NCBI GenBank assembly: GCA_031287395.1
Contig: JAITTA010000284.1
Location: 1-39,119 of the forward strand
Reading direction: 5' to 3'
DNA: 39,119 bases
Origin: Dysgonamonadaceae bacterium
GTDB lineage: Bacteria > Bacteroidota > Bacteroidia > Bacteroidales > Azobacteroidaceae
Below, piece after piece: positions 1 to 7,178 of the stretch. The notes beneath the pieces are model-generated. The model ran no database searches. It had not been told where the DNA came from and saw only the letters and a list, made by a program, of their open reading frames with translations. The position numbers and the translations under genes are program-made. Each line of letters begins with the position of its first letter. Position 1 is the first letter of the stretch.

Positions 1-39
1 TAGTCATTAATTTTATAATAAGATAAATTTAAGTGTATT

Positions 40-1482
40 TTACTTGTTTGCTTTTCCCAATTCGTACTTTGCCAGTACGGCGTATTCGGCCGCAAAAGCA
101 AAGGTGAACATCCCTTCAATCCGGTTGTTTGCATTATCGCGGCTCCAGCCTACCAGTAAATTGGTAGGAAGGAAACCTTTGTAACAGAAATTGTCGTATG
201 CGTAATCCAGGTTTTTTTGAAAACTTTCCAGGCATACGTCCACATTTTTATAGGCCGGGTATATATCCGCGTATGCACGCATCAACACGCCGTTGAACCA
301 ATTTCTGAAACCGCTGATATCATAGGTATAATATCCGGGCATGGTAGCGCCGGATTTTGCAAAATACCGGAAACTCGCGTCGGACAGCTTTTTAGCGTCA
401 TCGAGATACGCATTGTCGCCTGTTGCGCGGTACAGGTCGGCAGCGCCGGAAAGCATCGAGCCGCTGTTGTAGGAAATAGGCGGTCCGGCGCTTCCCTGTG
501 CCGGAGCATGTACGCGATAGGGCTGCCCGTCGGTCATCTCTGTTTTATTTGCAAGATTGTTGTCGCCTCCGACGAGGTCGTTATAGACCCCGTCGGCAGT
601 GAGCAGATAACTTTTTTGCCATGCATAGATTTTTTTTGCAAAATCCAGATAATAATCGCTTTTGAGGGCTGTTGCCGTTTTGCGAGTCCGTTTATCCTCC
701 GGATCAATATAACGGTAAGTTATTTCGTCCGGTTTTCCTTTGTAATATTCTGCCAGCCAAACTAAGGGGCTGATCAGAGGAGCGTTGCTGCAAGCGTGTT
801 TGGTGGCGTAGGCAGGTCCCCAGGTAATTCCGCCGTGTTCGTTCCTGTTGTTGTCGCGCGTACAGTCCCAACCGTCCAGGACGTATTCGGCAAGGTATTC
901 GGCTTGTTGCAGGTAAACATTATCCGATGTAAGCCGGCAGGCTTCGAAAAATTCACGAACCAGCCATTCCTGGTCGTCGTAAACGTTTTCTCTGGATTCT
1001 ACCTGCGCCGTACTCTTCGCCGCTCCGCGATTGACGCCGTATACCGTCCATTGTTTGGTTTGGGTATAGGAAGTGAGCGTAAACGTTCCCAAATAATAGG
1101 CGGCGTTTTCATACAGGTTCTTCAACAATTGAACGTAACGCGCATAGTTTTTGTCGTAGAGTTCCCTTGCGCCGTTTTCCCTGTGGGCGTTAAGTCCGTG
1201 CAAAACGGCATTGACTGCTTCGATGGCGCTGGTGTACATCCAGATACTGCCTTTTTCGTCGGAACGGACATTGGTATAAGGATTGTAGTACCTGGCCATA
1301 GACATTCCTTCGCCTGTGAAATGGGCAGGAACAGCGCTGTCGATGAGTTGCATCGCACGGAGGAGATTCTGCTCTGCAAGGCCGGCTGCCGGCGGTTCCG
1401 GTACCGGACCTGGATCCGGACTTTCGCTACAGACGGTTGTTACCAGCAGGCAACTGATAATGACTGTAAGAATTTTCTTCAT
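40..1482 (-). CDS. GH76-family glycoside hydrolase (putative alpha-1,6-mannanase), probable lipoprotein
   Basis: Contains NVYDDQEW (GH76 catalytic DD), GGITWG, KHACSNAP and SYNSGSML motifs. A hydrophobic N-terminus ending in Cys suggests a lipoprotein. MKKIL at 1482 is preferred over the ATG at 1488. Confidence 0.85.
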   Translation of the reverse strand: MKKILTVIISCLLVTTVCSESPDPGPVPEPPAAGLAEQNLLRAMQLIDSAVPAHFTGEGMSMARYYNPYTNVRSDEKGSIWMYTSAIEAVNAVLHGLNAHRENGARELYDKNYARYVQLLKNLYENAAYYLGTFTLTSYTQTKQWTVYGVNRGAAKSTAQVESRENVYDDQEWLVREFFEACRLTSDNVYLQQAEYLAEYVLDGWDCTRDNNRNEHGGITWGPAYATKHACSNAPLISPLVWLAEYYKGKPDEITYRYIDPEDKRTRKTATALKSDYYLDFAKKIYAWQKSYLLTADGVYNDLVGGDNNLANKTEMTDGQPYRVHAPAQGSAGPPISYNSGSMLSGAADLYRATGDNAYLDDAKKLSDASFRYFAKSGATMPGYYTYDISGFRNWFNGVLMRAYADIYPAYKNVDVCLESFQKNLDYAYDNFCYKGFLPTNLLVGWSRDNANNRIEGMFTFAFAAEYAVLAKYELGKANK

Positions 1483-2513
1483 AAGCATTTTTCTTCCCAG
1501 CCAAGCTCATCGCCCGGACCGGTATTGGACGAACAAGTCTGAGAGAAAAATTCACCGACTGTCTGCCACGAACTGTTCGGATTATAGGTAATCAACCGGA
1601 GTTCCAAATCATATAAAACGCCGAGAACGCCAATATAAGGTACACTCACTTCGTCTATTCCCTGGAAGGAGGAAGAAGCTGTCCAGACAACGGTATGATC
1701 ACTGCGCCGGACGATTCTCGCCTGATAGGTCAGCCCCGACAAGAGAGGACGATAGTTGATATCCTGCTGATGCAAACGGAATTTATTATCCCCTCCATTA
1801 CACCAACTGTACAGGACACAATTCTCCTGCCATGGATATGTACATGAAACAGAACGGTATAGTTGAGCGTTAGGGACATATTCGCCGTATATAAACCGAA
1901 CCGTATCGGAAGGAACTGTTTCGGAATTTAGATTCAGGTTCACTAATAACCAGCCTTCTCCCGAACCGCTGTTTGAATTTACGGTAATGGTATTCCCCGA
2001 ACGAATATAAGAAAGGGAAGGAGAAACAGTAACAGAAGAAACCGTTGCGTTTGCGGGGACATTATTTAATGTGAAAGTTCCGGAGGTATTGAAATTAAAC
2101 GTTTGTATTGCCGTGTTCGATCCGCCTCTTGATACTTCGCGAAGTCTGTATTGTCCATTATAACTGTCGGTTGTAATATTTCTTGTTCCGCTGTATCGCG
2201 TAGCCGCCGTACCGGTAACATTGGATTTAAAAACCATCGGTTGAACAAAGACAATATCGCCTGTTTCGCAACTGAAATACGCATTCATGTTGTCCATGAT
2301 ATTTTCGGGCGTGATATTCGCCTTGTATGCCAAATGCCACTGGCTGTCGTCGCCCATAACAAATACCAGTTCGTAATTTTCTGTTCCCTGCGGCGTAAAC
2401 TTTTCCCTGTTCTTTTCTTTTTTCAACTGATGGATAGTTACATTTTTCAGATTCTTCTTTTTCACGCCTTTTTCCTTTGCGCTTTCAAATGAAAGTTTCG
2501 GCGTCCGTTTCAT
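1479..2513 (-). pseudogene. Internally deleted M4 (thermolysin-like) metallopeptidase: PepSY region and start of mature domain fused to Ig-like C-terminal domains
   Basis: TPKLSFESA..., WHLAYK...YFSCETGDIV (PepSY-like) and TGTAATRYSGTRNITTDSYNGQYRLREVSRG...IQTFN (mature N-terminus) are followed directly by TFTLNNVPANATVS. There is no HExxH motif and no signal peptide. Confidence 0.65.
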
Positions 2514-2953
2514 GATTTTATATGTTTATTGATTTTTAATTCTGACATATAAAGATCCGCTATAAATAATTTTTCCAGATAAGTTTTTTGTTCTCAAAGT
2601 CTATCTTAAAATCTGTACATAGATCTCCTGCAAGTCCACCCAATACGCATAAGTTTTCGCCTTCACAATTAGTAAGTAAAAGACCGGCGTCGGGGCAACC
2701 TTCACAAATGTCTATCAAAAAGCCAATTTTGCCATCATCATAAGAGCTTTGATATATTTTCATGCGACTTACTTGATGTCCCTGTTTACTTTCATCAATA
2801 AATTTCTTTAACCAAGGCAAATCGGTCAAAGGGTTTTCAACGTTGCAAACCTTTATTTTTGGATTGCTGTCGTCATTTCCGCAAGAAACTGTTCCTGCCA
2901 GCAGCAGCGCAAGGACTGAGAGTTTTAAAATTCTCTGTTTCATGATTTTATAT
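2507..2953. repeat. 17-bp direct repeat GTTTCATGATTTTATAT (2507-2523 and 2937-2953)
   Basis: Read directly from the sequence. On the minus strand it is ATATAAAATC-ATG-AAA-C, the start region of both adjacent ORFs. Confidence 0.9.
2560..2943 (-). CDS. Small Cys-containing Bacteroidetes lipoprotein (DUF6970-like)
   Basis: Lipobox TVSC, CNVENPLTDLPWLK motif, CEGCPD...CEG..LC..GG..G..C, C-terminal LIWKN. Confidence 0.8.
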   Translation of the reverse strand: MKQRILKLSVLALLLAGTVSCGNDDSNPKIKVCNVENPLTDLPWLKKFIDESKQGHQVSRMKIYQSSYDDGKIGFLIDICEGCPDAGLLLTNCEGENLCVLGGLAGDLCTDFKIDFENKKLIWKNYL

Positions 2954-3082
2954 TTTTTGAGTTTGTGATTTCATAAAATTTCCCAACACACTTTCAATAT
3001 TACCTTTGACAGCATGTACGGAAAATTCGCCGCCTTCCACTTTTATACCTTTGTAATATTGCTGGTGAAATTGGTGCGTTAT
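2948..3082 (-). pseudogene. FTP (fungalysin/thermolysin propeptide) domain remnant, not in the ORF track
   Basis: Manual translation gives ITHQFHQQYYKGIKVEGGEFSVHAVKGNIESVLGNFMKSQTQKI*. There is no upstream start codon in this frame. Confidence 0.75.
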
Positions 3083-3334
3083 GCATTGCAAATCTATTAG
3101 AATTTGCAAAGGTCAGAATTGAAATCCGTTTTTTTGAAAAACCTCTGTAACTAACTAAATTTCAAATATCTCAAAGAACACTTTACGATTTTAATGAGAC
3201 AGCAATGATATCACATTATGTGTAAGCAAAACAAAGATATCCTTCCTCTATACAAGGAGAATAATCATACATACAACCTCTACATTCTCCGTAATATCTG
3301 CATGGAGAATATATTGTAATTCCACTGATAACCA

Positions 3335-3367
3335 CAAAGATAAAATATTTTTCAATCAATTAACAAA
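3335..3367 (-). promoter_or_regulatory. Putative Bacteroidetes primary-sigma promoter
   Basis: TTTG (3367-3364), 21-bp spacer, TATCTTTG (3342-3335), matching TTTG-N19-21-TAnnTTTG. Confidence 0.5.
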
Positions 3368-3736
3368 TTGTAAATAAAATTCAGGGTAAACGCACGAAAT
3401 ATTGGATCCCTTGAGCGCTCGTTAGAGCGTGCACCTGACTAAGCATCCTGAGGATACTGTAACACAAAAATATAACGCTCCTCCTTACTCTTCTGCATCC
3501 CAGGTAAACCTTTGCAAACTACTTCCGGCTCTCAACAGACCGACTCTCTTTACATCATATTTGTTCCGTTCTTTCGGATTCATGGTAGAATATCCGACTA
3601 TCAATTTGTGGCGTATTAGCAACAGAATTTCCAATGAAAATATACAATAACGCTATTAAATATTTAATGATAATCTAAAATAGAAATAAAGATCATTTAA
3701 ATTTCAGAAAAACACACAACAAATCTGTAAAATGAT

Positions 3737-3744
3737 TAACTTTG
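3737..3744 (+). promoter_or_regulatory. Putative -7 promoter element
   Basis: TAACTTTG about 70 bp upstream of the 3816 start. Confidence 0.4.
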
Positions 3745-3815
3745 TAGGAGACAAAAAAATGAAGCGACATAAATTTAAATATAATATGATATAATCAGTT
3801 CAAATTTTAAAAATC

Positions 3816-4046
3816 ATGGATGAAATTTTACAACACATTCCTCTTTGGATATTGCTTCCTACCCTGATTTGGGATATAATCTGGAAGATGATTGCTTTAT
3901 GGAAATCTGCCAGAAATAATCATCTCGTTTGGTTTATTTTTATAGGCATTACCGGTACGGTAGGAATATTACCTTTGATCTATCTGCTCATATGTCATAA
4001 TCGACGATTAAAGTATGACACTTCAAAATCCGGAGACAGAAGATGA
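3816..4046 (+). CDS. DUF5652-family small membrane protein
   Basis: WKMIALWKSARNNHLVWFI...TVGILPLIYL signature. Confidence 0.8.
   Translation: MDEILQHIPLWILLPTLIWDIIWKMIALWKSARNNHLVWFIFIGITGTVGILPLIYLLICHNRRLKYDTSKSGDRR
3948..4032 (+). repeat. 85-bp exact direct repeat, copy 1 (3' part of the DUF5652 gene)
   Basis: Identical to 5670-5754. After 2 mismatches the match continues with GACAGAA. Confidence 0.95.
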
Positions 4047-4306
4047 AATCTTTGAAAAACTATTTTATGGAACAATTGAAATTGAAAGTAAAACGGTCTT
4101 TTATCGATTGGACGATAGAATTCTTTGCGCTAATAAGTTATTTGGCGATTTTGTGTTCTTTGTGTGTTTTATGGATTGACGTATCAGGAAAATATCCACA
4201 TATTTATAACTATCCGGTTAAAATTACTTCGGAAAAAAACAGGGAGAAAAACCTAAATTATTCTGTATTGTTAAAAGGAATTTGGATAGAAGGAATTTTA
4301 GAATAG
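4043..4306 (+). pseudogene. Truncated membrane-protein fragment (DUF1648-like N-terminus) fused to unrelated sequence
   Basis: KLKVKRSFIDWTIEFFAL, then a TM segment, then KYPHIYN resembles the DUF1648 start. The resemblance is lost after about 4210. Confidence 0.45.
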
Positions 4307-4409
4307 AAACTTCAAAAAAGTATAATGTTGGAGATATTGTAAATTTACGACCTGCTAAAATAGGTGATAAGGAACTGATATTAACTGATGAATAAAAAGG
4401 ATTATTAAT

Positions 4410-5456
4410 ATGTCTAAAAAAAAGAAGAGCCTGCAAATCCGCAATAGTACCGTTGAATTTTTAACTTTTGCCTATCAGTCGAAAGGCGATGGTGTGGAGG
4501 TTCGTGTGCAGGACGGCACCATTTGGTTGTCGCAAAAAAATATAGGTTTACTATTTGATACCTCAACTGATAATATCGGGTTGCATCTTAAAAACATCTA
4601 TGCCGAGGGTGAATTGAATGAAGTTTCAACTACCGAGGATTTCTCGGTAGTTCAACAAGAAGGTCGCCGCGAAGTTTGTAGAACGATAAAACATTATAAT
4701 TTGGATTTGATTATTGCTGTTGGCTATCGTGTAAATTCCAAGCGAGCAACAGCATTTCGGCAATGGGCAACGGCGATTTTGCGTGATTTTACCTTACGGG
4801 GATATATCATAGACCGAAAAAGAATGGAAAACGGTGCTTTTCTCGATGATGACTATTTTGAACGGCTTTTGGAAGAAATCCGGGAAATTCGTCTGTCAGA
4901 AAGGCGATTTTATCAGAAAATTACCGATATATATGCCACTGCAATGGATTATAATCCGGAATCGTCTACAACTAAAGAGTTTTTTGCAAAGGTTCAAAAC
5001 AAAATGCACTACGCGGTACATAAGCATACCGCAGCCGAATTGATTTACACGCGAGCCGACCATAATAAAGAAAACATGGGATTGACTTCTTGGGAGAAAA
5101 GTCCAAGCGGGAAGATTATAAAAACAGATGTAACGATAGCCAAAAATTATCTGACCGAAACGGAATTGGATTCTCTTGGGCGTATCGTCAACGGTTATTT
5201 GGATTTTGCTGAAGAGTATGCAAAACGGCATATTCCACTTACCATGGCTGACTGGGCAAAACATTTGGATTTGATTTTACAGGCAAACGGGAGAGATTTA
5301 TTGCAAAATGCAGGCAAAATTACCGCAGCTCTTGCCAAACAACATGCTGAAAGTGAATTTGAAAAATATCGCCCTATTCAAGACCGTCTGTTTGAATCGG
5401 ACTTCGATAAAGAAATTAAACGTATTGAAGATAAGCGAGATGAATCTGATGATTAA
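4410..5456 (+). CDS. rhuM: RhuM-family protein (virulence RhuM / putative DNA-binding)
   Basis: IRNSTVEFL, TIWLSQK, YNLDLIIAVGYRVNSKRATAFRQWA, IREIRLSERRFYQKITDIYA, VQNKMHYA, ESDFD. Confidence 0.92.
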   Translation: MSKKKKSLQIRNSTVEFLTFAYQSKGDGVEVRVQDGTIWLSQKNIGLLFDTSTDNIGLHLKNIYAEGELNEVSTTEDFSVVQQEGRREVCRTIKHYNLDLIIAVGYRVNSKRATAFRQWATAILRDFTLRGYIIDRKRMENGAFLDDDYFERLLEEIREIRLSERRFYQKITDIYATAMDYNPESSTTKEFFAKVQNKMHYAVHKHTAAELIYTRADHNKENMGLTSWEKSPSGKIIKTDVTIAKNYLTETELDSLGRIVNGYLDFAEEYAKRHIPLTMADWAKHLDLILQANGRDLLQNAGKITAALAKQHAESEFEKYRPIQDRLFESDFDKEIKRIEDKRDESDD

Positions 5457-5489
5457 AAATGTTTCCAACTTTAGGAAAATAGAATAAAA

Positions 5490-5670
5490 AGACCGATATT
5501 TGCAGTGAGTTATTTGAGGAAATACAGCGTAAAACGCAGAAATAGGCACGGTTGCCAAATCGTTACCTCTATTGCTTAAAACTCTTGCTTAAAGTCTTTT
5601 ATTCAACGACTTATCAATCCTTGATAGTTTTTTAAAATAAAAATGTCGAACATCAAGTAAATTGCGCCTA
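5490..5670. mobile_element. Probable right end (attR-like) of a Bacteroidetes integrative element; integrase absent from the window
   Basis: GTTGCCAAATCGTTACCT (5551-5568) and AAGTAAATTGCGCCTA (5655-5670) resemble, from memory, ends of tyrosine-integrase elements. The segment follows rhuM and abuts the repeat exactly. Confidence 0.5.
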
Positions 5671-5754
5671 TTACCGGTACGGTAGGAATATTACCTTTGA
5701 TCTATCTGCTCATATGTCATAATCGACGATTAAAGTATGACACTTCAAAATCCG
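5670..5754 (+). repeat. 85-bp exact direct repeat, copy 2
   Basis: Identical to 3948-4032, offset 1722 bp. Confidence 0.95.
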
Positions 5755-5803
5755 ACGACAGAAAGCAAAATCTGCCGGAAAATGTTGAGTGTTGATCAGA
5801 TTT

Positions 5804-7159
5804 TCAGAGATGCGGACTTTCAAATCCCAGTTTTTTTAATCCTTTCCGTACATCGGGATGACTCATAAAAAGTTTCCAGAGCAGTTGGGAACGGTAATTT
5901 TCAATCATCACCGGGATAGTTCCCTGGTCAATAGCCAGATATTTTTGTGGAAACCAGTTTTCCGTTTCACTGAAAGCATCGTAAAACCCGTATTTTCCCC
6001 AAAGTCGATCTCCCAGATTTTCATAAAGATGACGCATCACTTTCAATGAATACTCCGGAGTATAAGGGATGGACGACAATGCGGCAGTCGGCACAATGAC
6101 TCCATGATCGCGTTTTTCGGTCGGAGCATGCCCGGCATATCCTCTGATGGAATAACCGGAAGTCAATCCCCAACAATTTTCCCCGTAGCCTTTATATCCT
6201 TTGGGGTTCCGGATACAATACGCCCGGTTGATTAAGGTTTGGTTCTTATTCTCTTCCCAATAATTCGCATACCGGTCCTTTAATCCGCGCGGATCTAAAC
6301 CGAGATAGGAATAATGCGCCCAGAAAAGGGGCCCGCCGGTAGGGGCGTCTCCCTGATGATTCAATTGCAGGAGATATCCTTCGGCCGTGTGCGAATTGAT
6401 CATCTTACCGTTTTCAGCCCAACCTTCGTGGTAAACCTCGGCCGGAATTCCATAAGTCGGAGACGAAGCGGCTAGAATATACATGATGAGACATTCGTTG
6501 TAGCCATGTACAGCGAAGTTCATTGCCCAACCGTTATCAGGACTCCAATGCCAGTATAAAACATTTTTCCCGTTTTGGTACCAGTTCCATTCAACTTCTT
6601 TCCACAACTTATCGATTCGTTTTGCAATGGCCTTTTCAGCCGGACTTCCATTGATGTAATACTGATGAACGCAAAGCAAGCCTTGAATCATGAAGGCTGT
6701 TTCCACCAGATCTCCTCCATCGTCGTTTTTACTGAATGGTTTCACTTTTCCGGTTGTTCCTTCCCACCAATGTGGAAAAGCTCCGTGCAAAAGATCGGAT
6801 TTTTCCAGAAAATCCAGGATTTTCCCGAACCGTTCCACTCCTTGTTTTCTTGTAACATATCCCCGGTCCATTCCAGCCAGAATAGCCATGATACCGAACC
6901 CGCTTCCTCCGGAAGTCACGACTGTTTTGTCTTTTTGAGGATAATCGCCGTCCATGTGTATCCGTTCGCAGGCCAGTCCGCTGGTAGGTTCCGCTCCCTC
7001 CCAGAAATAATTGAATGTTTGTTTTTCAACGAGATCCATTAGTTTCTCATCGGATAAACCTTTGCGGATATTTTCTTTTTCGTTATTTTTTTGCGCTAAT
7101 ATAACACCTTGATATATAAAACATAATGTAATCAGGAAAATGAAAAATTTTGTATTCAT
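5804..7159 (-). CDS. GH144 putative beta-1,2-glucanase (often annotated glucoamylase family protein)
   Basis: TFNYFWEGAEPTSGLACER, SGGSGFG, DGGDLVET, LYWHWSP, GYNECLI, GGPLFWAHYS, YLAIDQG; signal peptide. Confidence 0.88.
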   Translation of the reverse strand: MNTKFFIFLITLCFIYQGVILAQKNNEKENIRKGLSDEKLMDLVEKQTFNYFWEGAEPTSGLACERIHMDGDYPQKDKTVVTSGGSGFGIMAILAGMDRGYVTRKQGVERFGKILDFLEKSDLLHGAFPHWWEGTTGKVKPFSKNDDGGDLVETAFMIQGLLCVHQYYINGSPAEKAIAKRIDKLWKEVEWNWYQNGKNVLYWHWSPDNGWAMNFAVHGYNECLIMYILAASSPTYGIPAEVYHEGWAENGKMINSHTAEGYLLQLNHQGDAPTGGPLFWAHYSYLGLDPRGLKDRYANYWEENKNQTLINRAYCIRNPKGYKGYGENCWGLTSGYSIRGYAGHAPTEKRDHGVIVPTAALSSIPYTPEYSLKVMRHLYENLGDRLWGKYGFYDAFSETENWFPQKYLAIDQGTIPVMIENYRSQLLWKLFMSHPDVRKGLKKLGFESPHL

Positions 7160-7178
7160 GCGTGATCCGTTTTTTTAG

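Noticed and set aside
217-1542. Plus-strand ORFs of 182 and 248 aa
   Set aside because: Antisense shadows of the GH76 gene with no recognisable motifs.
3111-3180. Possible IS end
   Set aside because: No partner inverted repeat or transposase found.
3429-3650. 73-aa ORF, and short minus-strand frames in the same interval
   Set aside because: GTG start and no recognisable motif. A gene relic cannot be excluded but is unsupported.
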